Below, one piece after another: positions 50,605 through 59,422 of a stretch of 64,000 nt of DNA (position 1 is its first letter; each line of letters starts with the position of its first letter). Both the position numbers and the translations under genes were made by a program. Origin of the DNA: a virus; IMG/VR virus record IMGVR_UViG_3300032307_000117, positions 1 to 64,000 of that record. One strand, 5' to 3'. The notes under the pieces were generated by a model. That model was not told the DNA's origin. It searched no databases and was given only the letters and a program-made list of their open reading frames with translations.

Positions 50605-51264
50605 TTAATCCAGATCGCCAAATAAAAAGTAGCTGCCATTTGCTTTTGCTACAGATGCTCCAGCATATTGCATTTTTGTTTTTGGTGAAGTAGCCTTTGT
50701 ATTCAGGGTGATGCCTTGTCCTGTAAACGTTATCTTTTCCGTGCCAGTTTGAATAAAAGTAACCATGTCACCGTCCTGCAGAACATCTGGAACTGTCACA
50801 GTCAATGCTAGTGTCGATGATCCTATAAAAGAGTTGGCATCAGATGCCTGCAGTGTATATGTTGACTGCTTTGTGCTCGTCAAAGACGATACCCGTGATT
50901 CGTTTACTGTGATTGCAGATTGATTAAGGGATAACGCTTTTGTTGTTGAATTGTAAAGAATTGGTGGTTCTACATTTACCGAGCCTGAGTCTCCGATAGG
51001 CCCCTCGTCTCCAATTGGACCTTTTATGCCAACAGGTCCTAGTGGTCCACTTGGTCCCGCTGGACCCTCTGGTCCTAACGAACCAGTTTCTCCTGGCACT
51101 GCGCCACCAACATATGTAAGATTATTCCAGGCTGTTCTGCCATCTCCAAGCTTTAATTTTTTGGTGTCTGTTTCTATGCCTAGCTCACCAGACTCTAAAA
51201 CTGGATTAGTAACGGCCCATTGGGGTGCTGTTCCCCTTCTTTGCAGTAGTCTGCTAAGTGCCAT
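50605..51264 (-). CDS. fibre protein, full-length paralog of 49930..50592
   Basis: QRRGTAPQW...GELGIETDT..LKLGDG; GXY repeats; ends YFLFGDLD. Confidence 0.8.
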   Translation of the reverse strand: MALSRLLQRRGTAPQWAVTNPVLESGELGIETDTKKLKLGDGRTAWNNLTYVGGAVPGETGSLGPEGPAGPSGPLGPVGIKGPIGDEGPIGDSGSVNVEPPILYNSTTKALSLNQSAITVNESRVSSLTSTKQSTYTLQASDANSFIGSSTLALTVTVPDVLQDGDMVTFIQTGTEKITFTGQGITLNTKATSPKTKMQYAGASVAKANGSYFLFGDLD

Positions 51265-51281
51265 GAAAAATCCTAATCAGT

Positions 51282-51611
51282 TTAAAATAGTCTATTTTGA
51301 ACTATAGCCTGTATCTCAGCTTCTGAAAATCCGAGCGTAGCTAATTTCTCTCTTGCAGTTCTAGGAGCATTCATAATTTCTAGCTCTGCCTCAGTTAAAT
51401 CTCTTACAATCCAAGTGTGGAACCATTCCCCATTAATCTCTTCTGGCTCCCCAGCTTCAAAGGTCTGTCCAGGCTCTAGTTCTGGAGGATTAGTTTCATT
51501 TACGAATATCCATCCAGCTGGTAGCGGATCTCCGACATTCCATTCTGGATTAAGGATCTGGATATCTCCAGGGTATCTAGGGTATTCATTGTTTGGTGAT
51601 ATGTATGGCAT
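51282..51611 (-). CDS. small fibre-associated/chaperone-like protein
   Basis: SD and promoter TGATAAAAT at 51633-51641; ends AREKLATLGFSEAEIQAIV. Confidence 0.55.
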   Translation of the reverse strand: MPYISPNNEYPRYPGDIQILNPEWNVGDPLPAGWIFVNETNPPELEPGQTFEAGEPEEINGEWFHTWIVRDLTEAELEIMNAPRTAREKLATLGFSEAEIQAIVQNRLF

Positions 51612-51664
51612 ATAACTCTCCTTGTTAAGACTATTTTATCATACTATAAGTTGTATTATTCAAG

Positions 51665-51702
51665 TAAAATAGCGGAGCAGATTTTAGGTCTGCCCCGCTA
51701 TT
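51665..51702 (-). terminator. intrinsic terminator
   Basis: AATAGCGGGGCAGA-CCTAAAA-TCTGCTCCGCTATT followed by TT. Confidence 0.75.
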
Positions 51703-51715
51703 ATCGCAATATTGA

Positions 51716-53317
51716 TTATACTAGTAGCGTTCCTACAGTTGTAATCGTGGCTGCTCCTGTCACGGTAACCCAGACATAAACGTCTGTTCCAGAAACAATA
51801 GCTGAAACTTCTGACAAAGAACCGTTAGTTCCCACAACTCCGTACTCGGTAACTGCAACGTTGTCTGAAGAGTCCAGAGTAAGTAATAGCTTTGAAATTT
51901 CTGTGTGAGATCCAGACTGAACCTTTACCAAGAATTCTGCAGATCGGTATTCTGACTTTAGGAATGTTGCAGCTGCAAGAGATCCAGCCTCAACTGCTTG
52001 GGTTGTAAATGCTACCTGCTTAGCAATCGAATTAATATCTACGGCTAGGTAGGTTGGGGTAGCTGTAGCATCACCAGCAGCAACCAAAGCATCTGAATAT
52101 CCATTGGCAGCAAGCAGTGTAGCTGCATCCTGCTGATCAATGTATTCAACTGTTGTACCAGTACTTGGATCTAGGAACCCATCGATGTAGTTCGTAAGAT
52201 CGCTTACGGCTGTGTCTGTGTATTCCTTAGTTACAGCGTGGTCATTAGCTGTTGGTGTTGCAAGACCAGTAATATTGTTGCTACCCATGGCTAGGTTTCC
52301 AGTCATGGAGTCTCCAGCCTTGCTAACCTTAGTTCCGATGTCAGTTGCTATTGTGGCTGCAAAGTTTTCGTCATCGTTAATAGCTGCGGCTAGCTCATTA
52401 AGGGTATCCAACAAAGCTGGGGCACCGTCAACAAGATTTGCAACTGCAGAATCTACATAAACTTTTGTAGCAGCATCGTTGTCACTGTTTGGAGCACCTA
52501 GATTATTGATGTTCTTAAAGTTAGCATCTAGAGCACTGTCAAGTAAGGTTCCAGACCCAAGAGTCTTGTTTGTAAGAGTCTGGCTGTCTGAGTCACCTAC
52601 AATGTTTCCATTTACTCCGTGGGCAGATGTTGCCTCAGTGTGATTAAGAAGAGAGCCTCCAATTGCACCAGTTGCAAAATCTACATAAGGCTTTGTTGCA
52701 GCAATTTCATAACCTATTCTAACTTCGTAGCCAGCTGCTGGGAAAAGGCTAATGTCGTTAGATGTTGAGCTAATTGCAACCCCATTAACATCGTTAGAAA
52801 ATGCAATGCTAAGGTTAGTTCCAGCATCATCAACAGTCAGCCCAGTTGCTGAAATATCTCCAGCTGCAAAGTCTCCATTTGCATCACGCTGTACAATCTT
52901 GTTTGCAGTGTTAGTTGAGGTGGCAGCTGTCTCTACTGCGTCTACTGCTCTCTGGTCTGTAAAGTACTTGTTAGTTGTGCCTTCATCTAGATCGTCTGTA
53001 GTTGAATCTTCTACACCGTTTTCAGCGGTAATGACTAGACCTTCTTCAGTTCCAGTAATTGATATATTTGTCTGTGTAGACTGTACCAAAAGCTGTGTAG
53101 CTGCTGCTTTAGCTTCTTCGTCTGTATAACCTGGAGCTGCCTCAAAGGTTACTTTTTTCTCTACTGCATCGTATCCTACAGTAATGTTTAAGTTACCGTC
53201 GCCATTTCCAGCGAGAAGGGCATCCTCTGTAATAATGTCTGATCCGTTGATGGTACCATTCTGTCCCTCAACGACTAAACCATGTTTGACCTTAAAGTCT
53301 TTGGTTACTGTTGCCAT
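51716..53317 (-). CDS. long fibre protein
   Basis: TTDDLDEGTTNKYFT, QTLTNKTL, DAATKVYVD, APALLDTLNELAAAI, KVSKAGDSMTG: trimeric fibre motifs. Confidence 0.8.
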   Translation of the reverse strand: MATVTKDFKVKHGLVVEGQNGTINGSDIITEDALLAGNGDGNLNITVGYDAVEKKVTFEAAPGYTDEEAKAAATQLLVQSTQTNISITGTEEGLVITAENGVEDSTTDDLDEGTTNKYFTDQRAVDAVETAATSTNTANKIVQRDANGDFAAGDISATGLTVDDAGTNLSIAFSNDVNGVAISSTSNDISLFPAAGYEVRIGYEIAATKPYVDFATGAIGGSLLNHTEATSAHGVNGNIVGDSDSQTLTNKTLGSGTLLDSALDANFKNINNLGAPNSDNDAATKVYVDSAVANLVDGAPALLDTLNELAAAINDDENFAATIATDIGTKVSKAGDSMTGNLAMGSNNITGLATPTANDHAVTKEYTDTAVSDLTNYIDGFLDPSTGTTVEYIDQQDAATLLAANGYSDALVAAGDATATPTYLAVDINSIAKQVAFTTQAVEAGSLAAATFLKSEYRSAEFLVKVQSGSHTEISKLLLTLDSSDNVAVTEYGVVGTNGSLSEVSAIVSGTDVYVWVTVTGAATITTVGTLLV

Positions 53318-53333
53318 TTCTTATCTCCTTATT

Positions 53334-53783
53334 TTATGCCTTTAATCCTATGCGAGCAAAACGCACAGTGATTGGCCTAACTGCAGGATTGGGGGTAACG
53401 ACAAGATTAATATCGCCAGCCTCAGTCCTTGAGACGCTAATGGTTCCAACATCCCCATCATTGTCTAAAACTCCATATTCTGAGACGTTAACATTTGTAC
53501 CGTCGCTTAGTATGGATAATTCTGTAGCAAAAAATTTGTTATCATCATTTGAGGTTTTTGATATAGAAACTAGATACTTAACCATTCTCCAGTCAGATGC
53601 CCTGAATGAATCAACTACCGTTTCGTTTTCTATGCCAAAAATCTCATTTTCGTTATTACCATTAGTGCCTAGATCAGTTGCCTGAGCTGCAAGGGTATCA
53701 ATTAGATTCTTGTAATCATCAGACGTCGGCCTATCGCCTCTCTCAAAACGTGTTTTGAGCGTGGTAATATCAATTTTAGCCAT
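53334..53783 (-). CDS. fibre-associated protein sharing a C-terminal domain with 51716..53317
   Basis: SDWRMVKYLV...VSEYGVL vs SEYRSAEFLV...VTEYGVV; leaderless promoter at 53790-53798. Confidence 0.65.
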   Translation of the reverse strand: MAKIDITTLKTRFERGDRPTSDDYKNLIDTLAAQATDLGTNGNNENEIFGIENETVVDSFRASDWRMVKYLVSISKTSNDDNKFFATELSILSDGTNVNVSEYGVLDNDGDVGTISVSRTEAGDINLVVTPNPAVRPITVRFARIGLKA

Positions 53784-53808
53784 AACGATATTATATCATT
53801 ATTTTATT

Positions 53809-54156
53809 TTATATAGACTGCTGATCCCAAGATATGGTTTCTTCGTTCCATAAATACATACCGCCGTCATTTGGATACGGTGTTGGGGATTCCCACAAAG
53901 CGGTTTCTTCATTTAGTGTCCACGACTCAAAAGGTTTTGGCGATATAAAAGCATCTAAAGCTTCATCATAGGTGTAGCCAACCCCAGCATAGTTTTTACG
54001 ATAGTTACCGTTGTACGAAGTTCTTTTACAGGTCTGCCCCCGAAATTCTCCATACCATACTTCAGGGTGCTTACCCTCAATTAGCTCTGTTTCATCAATT
54101 CCGACGATAACCTCTGTTACGATATTGTCGTTGTCTAGAAATGCATAGTGTGCCAT
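53809..54156 (-). CDS. small partner protein of Gly-rich adhesin (copy 1)
   Basis: MAHYAFLD...RTSYNGNYRKNYAG.GY.YDE.LDAFI.PKPFESW. Confidence 0.7.
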   Translation of the reverse strand: MAHYAFLDNDNIVTEVIVGIDETELIEGKHPEVWYGEFRGQTCKRTSYNGNYRKNYAGVGYTYDEALDAFISPKPFESWTLNEETALWESPTPYPNDGGMYLWNEETISWDQQSI

Positions 54157-54166
54157 TTTTATCTCC

Positions 54167-55129
54167 TTATGTCCAACTAATATTTCCAGCTCCTGCTGTT
54201 ATTATTGTAGTTACAAGCCCTCCACTTGCCGCAGATGATGATCCAGTTAGTCCTGCCCCAATGGTCAGAGAATATGATTCTGGATATCGTAAAACAACAA
54301 CTCCTGAACCACCGTTTCCACCACCCTGTTCATATAGATATCCAGCCCCACCTCCACCAGTATTGGCTACTCCATTTGCATTTCCTAGTCCACGCCTTGC
54401 TGTTTGGTTAGGAACCTTTAGTCCAGAAGTTCCTCCACCACCAATACCACCAACTCCAGTAGTAAGTGGAGAAGTTGCAGATAGGTTTCCTCCACCGCCA
54501 CCTCCAGCATAATAACTGTTAGTAAACCCCAAAAGTCCTGCACCACCAACACCAGAAGTATTTATAATGTTTGGTTGTGTTCCAGCAGACCCAGCTCCTC
54601 CACCACCACCGTTTGCATAGTCATAAACGTAAAAATTACCGCTTCCACTAGAGTGCCCTCCTACAAACCCCTGATTAGCAGTTCCAGTACCAGCCCTGTT
54701 TGCACTATCTGAAGCTCCACCACCAGATCCACCATCATTTACTGAGCCTGCTGTTTGTCCTTGTGCTACACCTCTTCCACCACCTAAAGAAGTAATAGAG
54801 CCAAAAACTGAATCTATACCTTTAGTGCCTTGATCAGCTCCAGACTGATTTCCAATAGCTCCACCAGCACCAATTGTTACTGAATAATTTACATTAGTTT
54901 GAGCAATTAGAGCACCTTCTGGATTAGATCCACCACCTGAGGTAAAACCAATGGCATTTGTCCTGTAGCCACCGCCACCACCACCGCCTGAGTGATATCC
55001 ACCACCGCCACCACCACCCGCAACAACAATATATTCAACTGTTAGTAATGGTGGTGGTAACTGAGCTTTTGCATTACGAAAAACATAAAAATTATTTATT
55101 CCAGAATATCTTAGGCTTCTTGCTGACAT
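54167..55129 (-). CDS. glycine-rich (polyproline II bundle-like) putative adhesin (copy 1)
   Basis: VEYIVVAGGGGGG...YYAGGGGG...GGSGVVVLRY. Confidence 0.75.
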   Translation of the reverse strand: MSARSLRYSGINNFYVFRNAKAQLPPPLLTVEYIVVAGGGGGGGYHSGGGGGGGYRTNAIGFTSGGGSNPEGALIAQTNVNYSVTIGAGGAIGNQSGADQGTKGIDSVFGSITSLGGGRGVAQGQTAGSVNDGGSGGGASDSANRAGTGTANQGFVGGHSSGSGNFYVYDYANGGGGGAGSAGTQPNIINTSGVGGAGLLGFTNSYYAGGGGGGNLSATSPLTTGVGGIGGGGTSGLKVPNQTARRGLGNANGVANTGGGGAGYLYEQGGGNGGSGVVVLRYPESYSLTIGAGLTGSSSAASGGLVTTIITAGAGNISWT

Positions 55130-55137
55130 ATATTGTC

Positions 55138-55470
55138 CTAAGCTGTTATCTCGGAGCCAAACACACTAAATGTTAAAAGATCACTTGATGCTCTAACAGT
55201 AATGACATCTGCTGCATCAAGGGTAATTCCAAGAGTAAGGGTTGTTGAGTCAGACGCTGATACTGGGACATCGTAGGCAATGTAATGCTGATTTGCTAAA
55301 GTAGCCCCATTTGGTCTAATTGCAATTCTATATGTTGCGTCCTGAGTATGTCTGTTTGCAATTATAATTGAAGAAATAATTGCTTGAGTGTTTGCTGGTA
55401 CAGTGTATAAATTTACGTCTACTTCAGCATCTTGGGCAGACTGCCCTAAAACTTTATAAGTTGTCGCCAT
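55138..55470 (-). CDS. ~110-aa beta-sandwich adaptor-like protein
   Basis: MATTYKVLGQ...LYTVP...SSIIIAN...FGSEITA. Confidence 0.7.
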   Translation of the reverse strand: MATTYKVLGQSAQDAEVDVNLYTVPANTQAIISSIIIANRHTQDATYRIAIRPNGATLANQHYIAYDVPVSASDSTTLTLGITLDAADVITVRASSDLLTFSVFGSEITA

Positions 55471-55471
55471 T

Positions 55472-55642
55472 TTAGGCTCCCATCAATAAAAATATGTTTG
55501 GATCTACGCCACTTTGTGCAGATGACTGACCTACAGATACCGCCTTCCAAACGCCAACGGTATCGTTCCAAACCCAAGTTTTACCAGATGCAGAGAACTC
55601 TTGTCCATCTGTAGGAGTGTCTGGAAAGTCAATAGCGGGCAT
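55472..55642 (-). CDS. 56-aa DFP-domain mini-protein (not in ORF track)
   Basis: Hand-translated MPAIDFPDTPTDGQEFSASGKTWVWNDTVGVWKAVSVGQSSAQSGVDPNIFLLMGA; leaderless promoter TGGTATAAT at 55649-55657. Confidence 0.8.
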   Translation of the reverse strand: MPAIDFPDTPTDGQEFSASGKTWVWNDTVGVWKAVSVGQSSAQSGVDPNIFLLMGA

Positions 55643-55665
55643 ACGCTAATTATACCATAATAGTT

Positions 55666-56019
55666 TTAAGACTCTGACGACACTTCTACAGGAATCCAAG
55701 AAAGTTCGTCTTCGTTCCATAGATACATACCGTCATCATTTGGATAAGGTGTTGGTGGCTCCCACAATGCACTACTTTCATCAAGTATCCATGACTCGAA
55801 TGGTTTTGGAGGTATAAAAGCATCCAATTCTTCGTTATACGAATATCCAATTGCTGCGAAGTTTTTTCTAATATTGCCATTGTAGCTGGTTTTTATCCAG
55901 GTTCCCCCAAGATTATCGATTAGCCATTGATACCCTTCGTCACCGTTAGGATCTTCATTATCTCCAACAAGCACACGAAGAACAATGTTGTCTTTATCTA
56001 GTTCTGCCCAGTGTGACAT
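55666..56019 (-). CDS. small partner protein of Gly-rich adhesin (copy 2)
   Basis: Paralog of 53809..54156; SD and promoter TGCTATAAT at 56046-56054. Confidence 0.7.
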   Translation of the reverse strand: MSHWAELDKDNIVLRVLVGDNEDPNGDEGYQWLIDNLGGTWIKTSYNGNIRKNFAAIGYSYNEELDAFIPPKPFESWILDESSALWEPPTPYPNDDGMYLWNEDELSWIPVEVSSES

Positions 56020-56083
56020 AATTTCTCCTTATAAAATTTATTTATATTATAGCATTGGGTGATGTAAAAGAATTCTGTAACTT

Positions 56084-57097
56084 TTAGTTAGATGCTGCTG
56101 TTCTAAGGTATCTAATAATTACAATTCCAGCCCCTCCAGCACCCGAAACTCCACGATAACTAGCATAGCCAGACTGTTCCGCACTTCCACCACCAGAGCC
56201 CGTGTTAATTCCACCATCTCCAGCTCTTGTGATAGCACCATTATTAAATACAATGCTACCATTTCCACCAGAATTCCTAGCAGATCCACCGCCGACTCCA
56301 GCCTGGGTGCCACCATTGTAATCTGCCCTGCTGCCGCCTCCACCGCCACCTATTCCACCATTTCCACCTCTTCCAGAGTTCCAGGAAGATCCGCCACCGC
56401 CAGCTGCATAAAAAAGTCCATCAACCCATTGTTTTCCAGGTCCACCGTCTCCACCATTTGTTGATCCTGTTTGACCAGCACCACCTGCACCTCCACCGCC
56501 ACCAGAAACAACGTTTGTATTCCAGCCACCGCCAGAAAAACCAAAAGCAGTTCCTTGTACTCCTGCTACCTGATTACTTGCTCCTGGAGATCCTCCATAT
56601 GGAGCTCCACCACCCGAACCACCAGCAAGTCCATTTTGAATAACTGGTCCACCATCGCCATAAACTCCACCGCCACCGCCACCGACGGCCACTTCTTGCA
56701 AAAATGAAGAATTTGTTCCATTATTTCCAAGAACTCCATTGCCCTCTACCGAGGCTCCTCCTGCACCGATAAGGACTGGATAAGATCCAGGTGTGATTGA
56801 TAGGCTTCCAGAAATAAATCCGCCAGCCCCGCCGCCTCCACCGTGACGTCCGCCTCCAGATCCGCCACCAGCAACTACTAAGAAATCAGCCTGAACGGGG
56901 CCATTAAATACTTCCAGGGTTCCATTACCTGTAAAGGTGCGATAGTGATAAACGGAATCAGAAGTTAAAATGCCACCAGTAACAGTAGGCAGTAGCCAAG
57001 CATTATCCCTTACTAATTGATAATGCTCAGGAAGTCCGAAAAATCCTTTGATGCTGCCATTAGCCGTAGGCCCTAGCCTGCCACCATTCTTTGGCAT
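56084..57097 (-). CDS. glycine-rich putative adhesin (copy 2)
   Basis: YHYRTFTGNGT, DFLVVAGGGSGG, FYAAGGGG, GGAGIVIIRY. Confidence 0.75.
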   Translation of the reverse strand: MPKNGGRLGPTANGSIKGFFGLPEHYQLVRDNAWLLPTVTGGILTSDSVYHYRTFTGNGTLEVFNGPVQADFLVVAGGGSGGGRHGGGGGAGGFISGSLSITPGSYPVLIGAGGASVEGNGVLGNNGTNSSFLQEVAVGGGGGGVYGDGGPVIQNGLAGGSGGGAPYGGSPGASNQVAGVQGTAFGFSGGGWNTNVVSGGGGGAGGAGQTGSTNGGDGGPGKQWVDGLFYAAGGGGSSWNSGRGGNGGIGGGGGGSRADYNGGTQAGVGGGSARNSGGNGSIVFNNGAITRAGDGGINTGSGGGSAEQSGYASYRGVSGAGGAGIVIIRYLRTAASN

Positions 57098-57459
57098 TAC
57101 GCAATTTCCTCATAAGAACAGATCGCTGTTAGGTCTCCTGCAGCACTGGCCTGTAGCCAAATACTGTCATTTTCTTCTAGGTAAATCGAAGTAGCTTTGT
57201 CAATAAGTGTTAGAGTCGAATCAGCTGGTACAGAGATAGTTGAAGCTATAAAAAAGTTTGCGCTGTTATTCTTTCTAACATATGCGGTAACGTCTGCAGC
57301 TGCTGAACCATCAACATTTGCAATTATTAATGAGTTAATCTTAAAAATCTTGTTGCTGTTTGAAGAGTTGGTTACAATTGCTGCAGCGGATGTACCTATA
57401 GCCTGTCCAGCAATTTTTCCTAGAATGCTTGTTACACTTACAATGTTTGGGTTTGCCAT
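57097..57459 (-). CDS. ~120-aa beta-sandwich adaptor-like protein
   Basis: MANPNIV...KINSLIIAN...VPADSTL...SYEEIA; distant paralog of 55138..55470. Confidence 0.7.
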   Translation of the reverse strand: MANPNIVSVTSILGKIAGQAIGTSAAAIVTNSSNSNKIFKINSLIIANVDGSAAADVTAYVRKNNSANFFIASTISVPADSTLTLIDKATSIYLEENDSIWLQASAAGDLTAICSYEEIA

Positions 57460-57462
57460 TTG

Positions 57463-57804
57463 TTATCCTCCAAAAACTATTGACATTGCAATAGCCTTTC
57501 CTGTTGATGCCTTTGTTTCTAGCTGAGACTCTAGCTCTGAAATACCGTCGCTTATGCTATTAGTTACTAGCTCAACCCAAAAACTATCGTAATAAATATA
57601 TGTCGATCCGTCTACGGAGTTAAACCAAAGATCTCCCTCTTCGGCGTCTTCTGGCGCTGTTTCAGAAACAGTGATGCTACCAGATCCTCCACCAGAGGTT
57701 ACCCCCATTGACTCCCATCGAGATCCATCCCAAATCCACACCCTACCATTTTCAGTAGTAAAGGTGTCATTCAGGCTTGGCGAATTGGGAAAGTCTAAAG
57801 GCAT
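57463..57804 (-). CDS. DFP-domain protein with one GDxW module, ending KAIAMSIVFGG
   Basis: MPLDFPNSP...WIWDGSRW; VSETAP..AEEGDLWFNS..G..YIYYDSFWVE; leaderless promoter at 57811-57819. Confidence 0.75.
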   Translation of the reverse strand: MPLDFPNSPSLNDTFTTENGRVWIWDGSRWESMGVTSGGGSGSITVSETAPEDAEEGDLWFNSVDGSTYIYYDSFWVELVTNSISDGISELESQLETKASTGKAIAMSIVFGG

Positions 57805-57843
57805 AAGGCTATTTTATCACACTATTAAGCTAGTTTTAATAAG

Positions 57844-58695
57844 CTATGATACTTTTAAGATAGTAGAAACTATGGCTCTTCCAGCCTCTGTATCTGGAGT
57901 AATAATTGCCATGCTACTTCCAGCTCTATAGACCCTTAAGTAATAGCCAGTCGATATATCTGTAACGTTAGCCATAAAAGAAAACATTGCTGGCCCTGGA
58001 TCATTTACAACGTTTCCAGTTCCAAAGCTTCTAGCAATTATCGTTCCTGCTGCCGTTGCAAGATTTACACCAGTCCAAACATCTCCACCAGATCCAAATC
58101 TCCATCCAACATTTATTAGATATACTCCAGGCTGAGAGAATGTTATTAGGCCGTTAGACGTATTCAGGGTTATATTGCTAGCTATAACTGATTCATTTAA
58201 AACAATATTTTGATGACCAGATCCGTAAGTTACTTCTTGAATTCTATTAAACTGGGCATAAGCTTTAGATAAATCAATTGTTGACCACTGGGTATCATAA
58301 TCATTAGTTGATGCCTTGGTTAAAATTTGACCAGTGGTTCCGCCAACTGCTATTCCTGGGCCTGCTGGACCAGTTTCTCCTGCGACACCATTTGCCCCAT
58401 TTTGTCCGTTTGCTCCTGTAGGTCCTGCTGGACCTCTTGCACCAGCAGGGCCAACTCTGACCTCTCCAACCTCAACCCAGGAATTGTCGTAATAAATAAA
58501 AAATTGGCCAGTATTTGAGTCAAACCAGCCCTGCCCCTCTTGGATATTTTCTGGTGGGGTAGTGGAAGCGATAAATTTTCCAGGGAATATGGTAGTTACT
58601 GCTGCATCCCAAGAGGTGCCATTCCAAGTCCAAGCATTTCCATTTACGGAAAACTGCTGCCCTACTGATGGCGTGTTTGGAAAATCAATAGGCAT
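57844..58695 (-). CDS. DFP-domain + GxW module + collagen + C1q/BclA-like head fibre protein
   Basis: MPIDFPNTP; EGQGWFDS; GXY repeats; GGTTGQILTKAS..DYDTQW; ITFSQPGVYLI. Confidence 0.75.
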   Translation of the reverse strand: MPIDFPNTPSVGQQFSVNGNAWTWNGTSWDAAVTTIFPGKFIASTTPPENIQEGQGWFDSNTGQFFIYYDNSWVEVGEVRVGPAGARGPAGPTGANGQNGANGVAGETGPAGPGIAVGGTTGQILTKASTNDYDTQWSTIDLSKAYAQFNRIQEVTYGSGHQNIVLNESVIASNITLNTSNGLITFSQPGVYLINVGWRFGSGGDVWTGVNLATAAGTIIARSFGTGNVVNDPGPAMFSFMANVTDISTGYYLRVYRAGSSMAIITPDTEAGRAIVSTILKVS

Positions 58696-58742
58696 AATCT
58701 ATATTATATCTTATATTATTGAGATTAGGCTGAGTTTAACTA

Positions 58743-59048
58743 TTAAGCTATTTCAACGCCACTGATGTGGAATGTTAGGCCTGTTCCAGATGCCCCGCCA
58801 GTCACTGCGTCTCCAGCATCCAAGACCTGCTTAAGATCAATGTACGCTGTTGAATTTCCAGCCAAAGGTGCTGCGGTGTTAATGGCTATACCATCTAGCG
58901 AAAGAGTAAAGGTTCTTTCTGAAGATGTTGCATTTGATACAACAATGTTTGTTACGATAGCCTGTTTACCTGTAGGCACGGTATACAAAGCGGTGGTAGT
59001 TGTAGTAGTAGCGGCACCTCTAAATAGCACCTTGCTTGTTACTGGCAT
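58743..59048 (-). CDS. ~100-aa beta-sandwich adaptor-like protein
   Basis: MPVTSKVLFRGAA...LYTVP...TNIVVSN...FHISGVEIA; SD and TGATAAACT promoter. Confidence 0.7.
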   Translation of the reverse strand: MPVTSKVLFRGAATTTTTTALYTVPTGKQAIVTNIVVSNATSSERTFTLSLDGIAINTAAPLAGNSTAYIDLKQVLDAGDAVTGGASGTGLTFHISGVEIA

Positions 59049-59075
59049 AATTCCTCCATAAATAAGTTTATCATA

Positions 59076-59336
59076 TTAAATTGCGCCCATGATGGATAAA
59101 AGCTCTGAATCTTCTAGCCCAGCAACCTGGGACTTTTCGATTTCTATAAGGCTTTCGTTTATACCAATTATTGGACTATACTGAGTTCCAGTATTTGTAA
59201 TTGGTGAAGTTGTCTGTGTCCCATTTATTGCAAATGAAACAGTATTCCAAACAGAACCATCCCAGCTCCAACTGCGACCATCGGTTGCAACAAAGACCTG
59301 ATTTAATGTGGGGGAATTTGGAAAGTTAATGCGCAT
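59076..59336 (-). CDS. DFP-type mini-protein ending LLSIMGAI
   Basis: MRINFPNSP...WSWDGSVW; leaderless promoter TGATATAAT at 59343-59351. Confidence 0.75.
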   Translation of the reverse strand: MRINFPNSPTLNQVFVATDGRSWSWDGSVWNTVSFAINGTQTTSPITNTGTQYSPIIGINESLIEIEKSQVAGLEDSELLSIMGAI

Positions 59337-59373
59337 AGCTTAATTATATCACTAATTAAAATAATCACTGTAG

Positions 59374-59417
59374 ATATAGCAATACCCCAGAATTTTTATC
59401 TTCTGGGGTAGCTATAT
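59374..59417 (-). terminator. strong intergenic hairpin, probable terminator
   Basis: ATATAGC-TACCCCAGAA-loop-TTCTGGGGTA-TT-GCTATAT; weak U tract. Confidence 0.55.
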
Positions 59418-59422
59418 TGTTT

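Noticed and set aside
54167-57097. PE-PGRS assignment for the Gly-rich proteins
   Set aside because: No PE domain; similarity would be compositional only.
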